Made by a program: the position numbers and the translations under genes | Shown: piece after piece, positions 42,207 through 52,448 of the stretch | How the letters are laid out: every line of letters starts with the position of its first letter | Numbering within the stretch: position 1 is the stretch's first letter | The notes under the pieces: generated by a model | Seen by the model: the letters and a program-made list of their open reading frames with translations, nothing else | What the model was told of the DNA's origin: nothing | Database searches by the model: none | Origin: Perkinsela sp. CCAP 1560/9 | Taxonomy: Eukaryota > Protista > Euglenozoa: Kinetoplastea | Reading direction: 5' to 3' | NCBI GenBank assembly: GCA_965644495.1 | Contig: CBFFSA010000003.1 | Coordinates: 558,001-622,000, forward strand | Length of the DNA stretch: 64,000 nucleotides

Positions 42207-42834
42207 AGTGTAAAATCGAGTGTAAAAAAGTTGAAATACCATTCGCCGCTAAAGCCGTTTACCAGACGTCTAAATGCAATAGAACAACCATTCAAGGTTG
42301 AAATTTATTAAAAGATTTAGCTTGGGGGTACGTTCGTTGATATCTCAACGAAAATCCGGATTTTCGTTGAGTATTTTCGTCGAGCATATACATACTGTAT
42401 GTATGTTGTCCATACAGTATCGATACGCTACCGAGCTCTACAAGTGTGTCACGATAAAGATACATTATCACAGACTTCATAAACACGCTTGTCACCGATC
42501 CCAAGCCCGGCGTCGTCTTCTTAACAAGACGAAGTGTGAGGGTGAAGAATGTCATTGTACGATAAAGTACGATTTTTTAATATCTATTCATCTCTTCGTT
42601 TGTTGAACATACACACTATATAATCATTGGTTCCGATCCAAAGATAGGATATACATATTTTATTTACATGTTGACATTCCATGTGGGACCGAGCCTGGCA
42701 CCACATTCGTGATTTTATTCCGGTTCGTTTTGGCCCTGATCGGTAAAAACATACCGTTCCGCGCCAAAATGCACTACCCCGAGGACCTTTGTGACTACGA
42801 CGATTATTATTATCATTATTATTATTATTATTTG

Positions 42835-43100
42835 CCTCGAGGTCCTTCGGGACTGACGGTTGGCACTCCACCTCGAGGTTCTTCGGAACTGACGGTTGGC
42901 ACTTCACCTCGAGGTTCTTCGGAACTGACGGTTGGTGGTTATACTTTGCCTCGAGGTCCTTCGGGACTGACGGTTGGTGGTTACACTTTGCCTCGAGGTC
43001 CTTCGGGACTGACGGTTGGCACTTCACCTCGAGGTTCTTCGGAACTGACGGTTGGTGGTTATACTTTGCCTCGAGATCCATCGGGACTGACGGTTGGCAC
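42835..43100. repeat. Tandem array of 7 x 29-bp core with 7- or 13-nt linkers (36/42-bp period)
   Basis: Cores CCTCGAGGT(C/T)CTTCGG(G/A)ACTGACGGTTGG at 42835, 42871, 42907, 42949, 42991, 43027 and 43069 (last one diverged). Confidence 0.95.
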
Positions 43101-43550
43101 ATCACTTAGAATCATCATTAAGGGTAGATTTCTTGTAGTCGTAAATTTAATGATTATTGTAGGCAAAGATTGCTGATCATCACACTGTACCACTGCTGTT
43201 TGTGTTGTTTTCCAGTGTACTGGAAGTAAAGAAAACGAAGTGGATAGAAAAAATGAAATTGTCTGTGTGACGCACCTTATACGACTCGCGCAGGCGGGTC
43301 AGTTTTGCACTGCTTTTTTTTCGCGGATTTCTAATGCAATGCCTTTACGGCTACGCATCTGTGTGACGTATCTAATAAAAGATGCTTAACACATTACACA
43401 CCCCTTAGAGTTTTGTTTTACGTTTCAAAACCTAGAATGATGACAAGAAGGGGAGGAGGGAGTTGATCTGCGGTGCCAATGGGCATGCCTGTCACTGGGT
43501 TTGGTCCTGGTATAAAGGCTGTTCCTCGGTGAACCGTTCCGTCGTGTGGT

Positions 43551-44063
43551 GAGGTCTTTGAGACTTGCTTCGCGTTCCGGATTTTATGATCCGAGGCCCC
43601 TTATGGCTCTGTTTCCACTACACTTGTAGTGAGAGGTCCTTTGGACTTGTTTAGTGTTCCGGATTTTATGATCCGAGGCCGTTTATGGCTCCATTTCCAC
43701 TACAATTGGTGTAGTGAGGTCCTTTGGACTTGTTTTATGTTCCGGATTTTATGATCCGATGCCTTTTATGGCTCTATTTTCACTACAATTGGTGTAGTGA
43801 GGTCCTTTGGACTTGTTTTGTGTTCCGGATTTTATGATCCGATGCCTTTTATGGCTCCATTTCCACTACAATTGGTGTAGTGAGGTCCTTTGGACTTGTT
43901 TTGTGTTCCGGATTTTATGATCCGATGCCTTTTATGGCTCCATTTCCACTACAATTGGTGTAGTGAGGTCCTTTGGACTTGTTTTGTGTTCAGGAGTTTA
44001 TGATCCGATGCCTTTTATGGCTCTGTTTCCGCTACAATTGGTGTAGTGAGGTCCTTTGGACTT
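43551..44063. repeat. Tandem array of ~6.2 x 83-bp units, each with four mini-hairpins
   Basis: Units start at 43551, 43633, 43716, 43799, 43882, 43965 and 44048 (partial). Confidence 0.95.
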
Positions 44064-44632
44064 TGTTTGCGCGATGAGGAGATTTCGACCGGAGTATCGG
44101 AGATTCAGATCCGATTTGATGTTGTTTTTTAATGTATTGTTTCAAGTCCTTTTTGAGGTGAAGGAAGAAGAGGAGGATTGGTGGCACCATCCATAGCTTG
44201 ACTGATGTTTGTAGGATGAAGGTGCTCTGGAAATGTGTGAACATTTCCTACGATTGTCAGAGAGAAAAAGGAAGCTTTTGTTTCGAATTGTTACTTTTGA
44301 AAAAGTGAAGAAAAGGGGGTATAGAAATAAGGAAGTCTACTTTTCAAAATGTGATCGCCTCGCTGTTTGATCCAGCGCGCCGTCAAACGTACCGCAGTTT
44401 AGAGCTTTTAGTAGCGGTGGTCTTTGTGAATGTTAGTGTGCTTTACGAACGGTAGGTGACTCGGGATATGACGTCCGAAACTGATCTTCGAACGATGTGA
44501 GCAAGCATATGGTCCCGCTTTTGAGAGATAAGAAGAAGAAAGGAGAAAAAAGAAGAGCTATTCGGTGCCATGGCTTTCCAGGCGTACTGGGCTTGGTCCC
44601 GGTTCCAAGGTGCTTATGAAGTCTGTGATAAT

Positions 44633-46008
44633 GAGGTGTTGCTAATCTCTGGACAGTATGCTGCCCAGGGACACTGCAACTCCCCATTATCTCGGCGTAG
44701 TAAACACGCCTTGGCTTGCCTGGCACTGTGATCGCCGAGAAAAAAAAACGTGATCATGCCGCTCTCGGCAAATGCCCAGCTCTCGCGATTCTCGTGGCAC
44801 GAGAAGGAGAAGGCTGAACAGAAGTCGGAAGATCCGGTGCGAAGTACGCACGAATGATTTGGATCTGCTTGAAAGAATTTGTATGAGGGGCCTCCCCGAG
44901 AAGATGTAAAGTCCCGTGAGGTGAAGCAAGATCTCGCCCTGGTCGCTTCTGCAAAAAAGAAAAAAAAATAAAGGGTTGGTAAATTACATCCCGCTATGGG
45001 AGACGAGTAAGCGAGTAAGTTGTAGGTTGTAAATACATTGCCAACGCCGCATTATTGGATGCATTACGCGGGTCGCGTTGATAGAAAAGGAAAAAAATCA
45101 CTAATATTAGAAGTTTTCTTTAAGATGCAGGATTTTAGATCTTTATGATGTTCGCAGCCTTATGACAGATTGTTTGTGACCTTTGTGATCCGTTATTCGA
45201 AATCTTTGTGACCTATTGTTTAGAATGTTAACGATCGTTTGTTTAGAATCTTGTTTTTATTTGTTGTTTTTTGTGGTATTTGTCTTTGCGACTCATTATA
45301 AAAAGAGCCTTTTAATCGGTTATTTGGGGATCTTTGTGACCCGTTGTTTGGGACCTTTGATATACGTTATTTGGGGTCTTTGTGACCCATTGTTCAGGAG
45401 CTTTTTGATCGGTTGTTGAGGATTGGTTGTATGGGGATCTTTGTGATCTGTTTTTTTTATGATCTTTTCGACCCCTTACTTAGGATATTTGTGATCGTTT
45501 GTTTGGTATCTATGAAGTCCTTATGACTCATTGCACGGGATCTTTGTAATCGGATGTGTATATTACCTGATTGGTTTGTTTGTTTGTTATCTTTGTGATC
45601 GGTTTACTTGAAATCTTAATGACCCATTATTTGTTATCTCGTGTTTGGGATCTTTGTGACCCACCGTTTGTGGCCTTCGTGATCTTTGTGATCAGTGCTA
45701 AAAAAAAAGAAATTCTTAAAAAAAAGAGCTTATTAAACGTGCGGGTACAGCACATACTTGCACACCCTTCCGTATCCCAGCCTGCTTGACGCACGTCGAA
45801 AGACGTGTTGCCGGGGAGATCACTCGGATACGGAAACGGGCCCCTTAAGTGGGAAGTATTCTGGGCTGTGAAATGACTCGGGAGAAATATTTTTTTTCCT
45901 CTCGGCGATCACAGTGCCAGGCAAGCCAAGGCGTGTTTACTACGCCGAGATAATGGGGAGTTGCAGTGTCCCTGGGCAGCATACTGTCCAGGGATTAGCA
46001 ACACCCTC
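44633..46008. mobile_element. Element E with ~110-bp near-identical inverted terminal repeats and no visible TSD
   Basis: 44633-44748 is the reverse complement of ~45890-46008; the interior has degenerate GATCTTTGTGACC repeats (~45130-45700). Confidence 0.85.
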
Positions 46009-46700
46009 AGTTTCTGTACCTTGTTGGTACTTTTTTTCCTAGCTCATCTTTTCTCTCCCGGAAACGGGCATATTTTTACAATGTCAATGCCCGTTTCCGG
46101 ATGGCGCTAGGAGAGGAACTGTCCCGCTTGTCGCAAAGTAGGGGTGCGCCTCCCTTCCCTCATCTCCCAGCTCCCCGCTCGGAACACGGTTCCGAGTCCC
46201 CATGCGCTGCAGGACCCTACTACGGGACCACGCGGCGTGCCTTCACTATCCGGCGACACCGGTACTTCTGCGCGTAGGAGGCTTCCATATACCGGAAGTC
46301 TCCCACACGGCGAGCAAACACGTTGTATGCGTGTTCTAGAGGATGTTCTATGCACCTCTCTTGCTCACCAGCCGTGGCGGATTCTGTGGGACCCCGATAC
46401 CTATGATGCATCATGAACCATGACTCCATTTGCCAGCATGCATCCATGGCCCTGACCATGTTGTATCATGAACCATGGAAGTCATTTGTAGCATGTACGA
46501 TGGGAATATCATCCGCGTCCCACAAATCCGTATATCTTTCCTGGCGCACTGCGCTTACGAAACATCTCGGGACTTCTTATCCCGATGAGGCCGTCTCTTT
46601 TCGCTTTCCTGGGGAGGATATCCCGCGCTTTTCCCTGTGTTGCCTCGGAAGGCGTAAAGGTCCAGCAGGGAGCGTTGATTGCGCTTACCCCTGCTCGACC
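46008..46700 (+). ncRNA. Spliced-leader RNA-like locus 2 with structured tail, 5'-truncated by element E
   Basis: CAGTTTCTGTACCTTGTTG|GTAC (donor 46027); ~150 nt homologous to locus 1, then many hairpins. Confidence 0.68.
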
Positions 46701-47011
46701 TAATTATCTCTACAGGTACTGCCCTGTATGAACAAACAACCTTTTGTCAACCTGGTGTGCCACAATTTGACACCTAGAAAAGGGAGATTCCACCAAAAGT
46801 GACAGATAACTAGGGGGGGGTAACGTGTGACAAATAACCATGGGGTTTACAGTACTTGCGAATTTGTATATCCATTTGTATATCCATTTGTATATTATGT
46901 CGTTCACGTTGTATATTGTTTGTGTATTATATCGTCTATGAAAGAGTTTTCTTGAAATCCACATCAGACTTAACTTATTTCTAGCCACAGGTGTAGTTTT
47001 TCTTGAATTTC

Positions 47012-47443
47012 ATGCGAAAAGCTTTGTGCCTAGCCTCTCAAAGCGTTTTGATCCCGCGTAAACTCGCCATAAAATACGGTATTTGTGTCTCTTGGGATAG
47101 CGTGAGGCGCCAAGGCTGTGTAAAGGAAATAGAAACAGGTCTTGAATTTCTTGCGAAGGAAGATGAACTGTTTTTGTTGGACCACACTCCGGGCGGTGTC
47201 CGGTACGCTGGTCGGGTTCCAGCACTTGCAACAGACAGATACCTTAATGTGAGTGAGGAAGTCGAATTTCGGACACTTCGAACAAGAATAGGCCTCATTG
47301 CAATTCAGATTACAGGTCCGGGTGGGACTTCGCTTCGAGGAGAGCGCTATCCTCCTAAATATGGTGGACCTGAGAATCAAACGAATGAAGAGTTTAATGA
47401 ATTTGCCGAGAGTTCAATCAGTTCAGAACCTGTGGAACGATAG
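47012..47443 (+). CDS. Cold-shock-domain-like protein, probably mitochondrial
   Basis: YGICVSWD..RRQG.V ... EEVEF ... AIQITGPGG OB/CSD pattern; MRK-type N-terminus. Confidence 0.65.
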   Translation: MRKALCLASQSVLIPRKLAIKYGICVSWDSVRRQGCVKEIETGLEFLAKEDELFLLDHTPGGVRYAGRVPALATDRYLNVSEEVEFRTLRTRIGLIAIQITGPGGTSLRGERYPPKYGGPENQTNEEFNEFAESSISSEPVER

Positions 47444-47719
47444 AACGTCGAGTTTTCTGCGCACCTTCCGATCCTTGCCATTTTTCATGAGTTCTAAAGG
47501 ATGTCTATCGAAACGGAGAGAATACTCTGCATGCGCAGCTGTCCTCCCCACTTTACAGAGTTTGCTTCAGCAGTTATTTTTGTAACCAGTTTTGACGTTT
47601 ACTACAGAAAACATTTTGCTGTGATTTTTTGCAGTTTCGTTGAGATAATAGTATATAATTTTCTTTTTTAATGTCTTCGTTAAACTCGGTGGCTGTTTTC
47701 AACTTAGAAATCACTCATG

Positions 47720-47868
47720 CTGTGCCCCCTCGACCCGCCCCTGTCCCCCCTGCCCCCCCTGGACACCCCCTTCGACCTCACCCCTGGGCCCCCCCTGCCA
47801 CTCCCCCCTGCCCCCCCCTGGACCACCCTCTGCCCCCCCGCCCTGGACCCGCCCCTCTGGACCCCACA
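47720..47868. repeat. Intergenic C-run tract (G-quadruplex-forming potential on the - strand)
   Basis: Many C4-C8 runs with a recurring CCCTG/CCCTGGAC motif. Confidence 0.7.
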
Positions 47869-48051
47869 TTTTTTTTAATTTTCTTTTCAGTTTTGGACCA
47901 CCGGAGACCCCTTTTATATTTTTTTCTATAGTATATTACTGTGTTCCTCTTTATATTTTCACTGCTTTTGTTCACTTTTTTTCAATAATCGAGGGTAGAG
48001 CGGTAGTTATACAACCACCGCAATAAGCAGCTATAGTGTAGAGCCATAGTT

Positions 48052-48891
48052 ATGATTTCTCGAGTGGGTTCTAAATTATTTTCCTTTATTAGTTCCAATA
48101 TTGGTCGAAGCCATAGAGATTATTCTGAAATGCACGACGTGAAAAATGTATTCTGGGAAACTTCACTACCAGAGCTCTTGATTGATGACGTGTTCAATTT
48201 AACGCTTTTTTCAATTGTAAAAGCTACAGGAGCTGAATCATTTGATACGGCAGAGTGCAGTGACCATACCCTAGAGATTGCTGCCATGTTGTACTCTATC
48301 ACAGGAATTTTTATGAGCGTCAAAGTTCTCACGAGCTACCTTTCTAGAGCGACATCTCACTTTGGCTCCTTGGATAAAGCATTAGATGCCTACACATTTA
48401 TTCCTAATGCACCAGCATTACAAAGCATTATTAAAGACTCGTCAAGTGATCCTACTTTTAACATCTCGTTGACCCGAGAATGGTTCCGGAAAAAAAGACA
48501 AGCGCGGGGAATGGATGCGAATTCGCACCCTAAACAAGAGCGAGTCTTTCGTCCAGTCTTTCAGTCAAAACTTTTGCACTGTTTAGATGTATGCTGTACA
48601 TTTCCGGGCAGCGGTGTTTTTCTTTATCCAGTTGAATCCAGCGTTTTAATGACGTACGGAGGTGCGTTCGCTGGTCCATATAGCAACACTGTTTTGCGTC
48701 CGATCGACCTTTCTAGCATACGTAGAGAAATCGAACATGGAAATATAGATACCATATCCAAATTACTTCTTTGCATTTTGCGGCTAGTTGCCAACTGTGT
48801 CTTCTTCAATGCACCTGAAAGTGATTTTCCCTGCACAGCACGCTCATTTTTGAAACACTGCTACATCACAATTTTTGATGCATCACAATAA
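48052..48891 (+). CDS. Bromodomain-containing protein
   Basis: FLYPV...YSNTVLRPIDLSSIRREI...LVANCVFFNAPES. Confidence 0.85.
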   Translation: MISRVGSKLFSFISSNIGRSHRDYSEMHDVKNVFWETSLPELLIDDVFNLTLFSIVKATGAESFDTAECSDHTLEIAAMLYSITGIFMSVKVLTSYLSRATSHFGSLDKALDAYTFIPNAPALQSIIKDSSSDPTFNISLTREWFRKKRQARGMDANSHPKQERVFRPVFQSKLLHCLDVCCTFPGSGVFLYPVESSVLMTYGGAFAGPYSNTVLRPIDLSSIRREIEHGNIDTISKLLLCILRLVANCVFFNAPESDFPCTARSFLKHCYITIFDASQ

Positions 48892-49678
48892 AAAAAAATA
48901 GAGCGGATGGTAAAATTCACCAAAACAATTTTCGATAAATGAAGGTTGAGGACTGGTCTCGAGGGATCAAGCGGAACCTTTAGCTACTACGCGTTACTAA
49001 TGATACTCTTCTAATTACTGCTACATGTACAACCCCGTTCGTGATTTTTGGGACAAACGTCTTGAGAGCGTCATGCGAGCTTCTTGACTGATTTGTTTTG
49101 CATAATACGTGACTCTGACAAGAGAACCACGAATAACTAGTCAGAATGCGCTGTCTTTGGCTCCATAGAAATGAGATTTGTTTTAACAAAAAATTATTAG
49201 TTTATGATATTTCGGCAAAAAAATATTTCTAGGTAGTACCTAGATCGCAAATCTCTGTCCCTGGTACAGATGTCCATAATCCTGTATCTAAGATACATAA
49301 TCGGATAATCCTCCGCTCATGATAGGACTAGGAGAAAGTATTTCTTCCGCGGAGATGTTGACTCGAGTAAACTCCGAGCCGTTCTTTAGCTTTATCCAGC
49401 GATCTGGTCGGAGCGTGGTTTCTAGACTTCAAAAAGCTTCCGTATTAAGTTCACCCTAAACTCTACCACCAAATCTTCATTAAATCACGTGTTATTCTTG
49501 CGCAAAGTTAAGTTTCGTGTTGGATTTGTGCATATACATGAGTTATGTGTTAGATTTATCTTTGTCCTATACCCAAATCAAATTACTGTCCCCCCCCTAT
49601 TTAGTGTTGAGTGAAATTCCGAAAAATTCAACACTAAATAGGGGGGGGACAGTAATTTGATTTGGGTGTAGGACTCTT

Positions 49679-50704
49679 GAGGGGTGACTCCTATCCAGGC
49701 GCTTCTAGGCGCTTTTAGGCGCTTCCAGTGAACTTCTGTGGAGTTCGGACTTGGTAATTTGAGGATTAGCAACGTAAACCCCCCTATGTGGGGACATGGG
49801 GGGTATACTTTTTTATTTTCTAAAATTTTGTCCAAGGAAGTGGCAGATTGGACCGTGGCTATCGTTCGGTCCCGGTAATAAGGCATTTTGCACTGCGTCA
49901 ACAAGAGATGAATGTCGTAAATTGTTGTTGTTTTTGTTGGTAACAAGAGCGCCCGCAATTCCCCCATGCAAGCGCCGCAAGTACCACTCCGGCTCTCGGG
50001 ATCCGCCCGAGTACGGGGACGCAAGGCTCTCCTAGGTCGCTTCACTAGCGTGCGTGTGTCTGTGCGTGTGAGTCAAGCCAGTTGGCTCCGAAGAGCTCTG
50101 GCTTCCTACTTCACGCATAGGTCGCGCTACCGGTTCTCCACGCGAAGCGTGATCTTTTAACACGAGAGAGTCGAAACCCTCAATCATACAAGAAGACCGG
50201 ACTTTCCTCATGAGTGGTCAGGCGGGCGGCGCATGGGTGAAGGAAGGTGCGAAGAGGGCGTGGCAGGGGGGCGAATTGAGTGGTCAGGAGGATGGCCAAG
50301 AGTGGGGGCGAAGAGGGCAGGCCAAGACGGCAGGCGAGGAGGGCGGCCAGGGGGCGCCGAGGAGAGCGGCGAAGAGCGATATGTGGGAAGCCTCACCAGT
50401 GACAATGAACACTCCATAGTTAGCCTACCATGTGTCAAAAAGATAAAAAACGGCTCCGTTGGTCCAAAATTGAAAACAAAAATCAAACAATGGGGGGTCG
50501 CCACACCTGAGGATGACCTCCCTAAAATATTCTAAAATATGTTATGCGGTCGAAACCATGATAAAGTCTTGTAGGCTAAACATTTCCAACAACATGATTA
50601 CCACATCCTCTAACTGAAGCTAATAAGATTAAGAAAAAGTAAAAAGAAAAATTAAGACAAAGGTCCTTGGCGCTTCCAGGCGCTCCCACCCAGAGTCACC
50701 CCTC
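49679..50704. mobile_element. Nested element D with short TIR GAGGGGTGACTC
   Basis: GAGGGGTGACTC ... GAGTCACCCCTC|TA; GGCGCTT(C/T)(C/T)AGG repeats next to both ends. Confidence 0.6.
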
Positions 50705-50885
50705 TAGATAGGGGGGGTAAGAAATCTCCTCCCCTCAAAAGAAAGCGCTCCGCTTCGCGGCGTATTGTTTTCAAAACCATGATTGTAGTATTTTTTTCAC
50801 TCGGTTGGGGATACATCTTTATGAACGCTGTGGGACATTTGTATAAAAGCCCTGTGGGGGGACATATTTTACAAACTGAACAAAA

Positions 50886-51272
50886 ACTGCCTTGATTCTT
50901 CTCTTGGATTGCTGCTCTGTACAAACCACGCGCTCTGTACTTATCACGCGCAACGAAGACACTTTTTCATGGTTGCGAATTGTGTACATTCCAGAAAAGT
51001 GCACATGAAGACTTCAGCCTTGCGATGTGGGTCTCTTTAACCGCTGGAAGCCAAAACTACTATACTACCTAATCTTGGCCTTACTGAAATACTGTCAGAC
51101 TCAATACACTGAGGGAAAGCTAATCGGTGACACTCGGTCGATCGGAGCAAAAATAGCAAAGCACAGCTTCTTGACAGTATTATCAAAACGTACGCCCACC
51201 TTAATGATAATCGGCAGAGGTATGCTAATGTTCAAGCGCGGAGTAAGGTCGGAATTTCGCCGTAAAGTCTAA
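50886..51272 (+). pseudogene. Decayed pogo-type (DDE_1) transposase catalytic fragment
   Basis: In-frame translation LILLLDCCSVQ...RIVYIPEKCT*RLQPCDVGLFNRWK; Asp codons at 50907 and 51024 (38 codons between); TGA at 51006. Confidence 0.85.
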
Positions 51273-51561
51273 ATAAGCCAGAAAACATCCTTGAAGCGAT
51301 TCGCCGGGCGAGCGAACTGTTTACAGTGATACCGGTTCTTGATGCAGCAGAAGAAAATGAAGAGGACATGATTTCTCCTGAAAGTGCTGATCACCCCTTT
51401 GTTTTGTAAAAGCCTTCGTAAATTTATTTACCACCAGTAGTTATTTTTTTAGATAAATTTGTTGTTAGAAAGAGCGCTTCTCTCGACGCATTTTCATTAC
51501 TTACTCTATGTTTACTTACCGGAACAGAACTAAAACTTCTGAACGGATGTAAAAAGTCGAT

Positions 51562-52245
51562 GTAAAAATCAGTATCCTTGGGAAGCTTTCTCATTGATTT
51601 TAATAAATATAAATAAATTTATAAATTTTCGTTTTTTCTATAAATTATATTTATAAAAATCAATGAGAGGGAGAGTAAACAATCACAAATAACAAGCAAA
51701 GATAAGGAAAAAAAGTTTTTGAAAAAAAATTAATAGCCGCTTCGCGGCGCCTACAACCCCGTTCACGAAAAATGGGACCATCCTTGTAACAGCTGCGAGA
51801 CTTGTTTTTAGATAATGTTTTTTCAGGCATACTCAGATTACCACAGAGAACACCGGAGATACGTTTTTATTTTGTATTTTATCCGCTTTTCGTCTAATTA
51901 ATGAAAAGATTTTTAAAAATTATAAAATAAAAAGTTCCACATTTTAACATTTCTCGATTTTTCAGAAGACTTCTCCAGGTTTTATTTATTCGATCAACGT
52001 CCTATGAGTTGTAGCGATAGTGAAGAACTATCAAGCAGGGTGACTCTTTCGGTAAAAATCAGTATCCTTGGGAAGCGTTCTCATTGATTTTTTAAAAATA
52101 ATTATAAATTTTCATTTTAATTTTTGCTATAAGTTATATTTATAAAAATCAATGAGAGGGAGAGTAAACAATCACAAATAACAAGCAAACATAAGAAAAA
52201 AAACGTTATGGTGGAAAAAAATTAAGCGCCGCTTCGCCGCACCTA
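51562..52245. repeat. ~190-bp diverged direct repeat (51562 and 52052), each copy with an AT-rich stem-loop
   Basis: GTAAAAATCAGTATCCTTGGGAAGC...TCTCATTGATTTT/AAAATCAATGAGA...GCCGCTTCGC occurs twice. Confidence 0.9.
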
Positions 52246-52448
52246 TACGCACCAAACCCCAAATTCAACACTAAATAGGGGGGTTGAGCACTCAATAGTA
52301 AATAGGGGGGGACAGTACATCCATTTAATACACCTGTCTAGTTCTGTCATGTACCGAAGTAAGCGATCCCGAATATCTCGAAATACATGTCATGTAATTA
52401 TGATTTAGGTACACTCCTACATTTTTGCACATTCAATATCTTATTTTG

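Larger units (their letters stand above)
49586..52315 (+). mobile_element. Rearranged pogo-like element C with TA TSD
   Basis: TA|CTGTCCCCCCCCTATTTA ... TAAATAGGGGGGGACAG|TA; contains a nested element, a DDE remnant and a 190-bp duplication. Confidence 0.75.

Noticed and set aside
42835-43100. Hammerhead ribozyme in the repeat
   Set aside because: CTGACGG does not fit the CUGANGA core and no GAAA box is correctly placed
42584-43176. ORFs on both strands across the 36/42-bp array as real genes
   Set aside because: Openness is explained by a stop-free repeat with a period divisible by 3; no family recognised and flanks look decayed
42835-44063. CRISPR array interpretation of the two repeat arrays
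   Set aside because: Linkers are short and themselves repeated (no unique spacers), no cas genes are present, and the context is eukaryotic
44620-46020. Reconstructing an intact SL exon by removing element E
   Set aside because: The left flank matches the 42465-42510 sequence rather than the sequence upstream of SL-like locus 1
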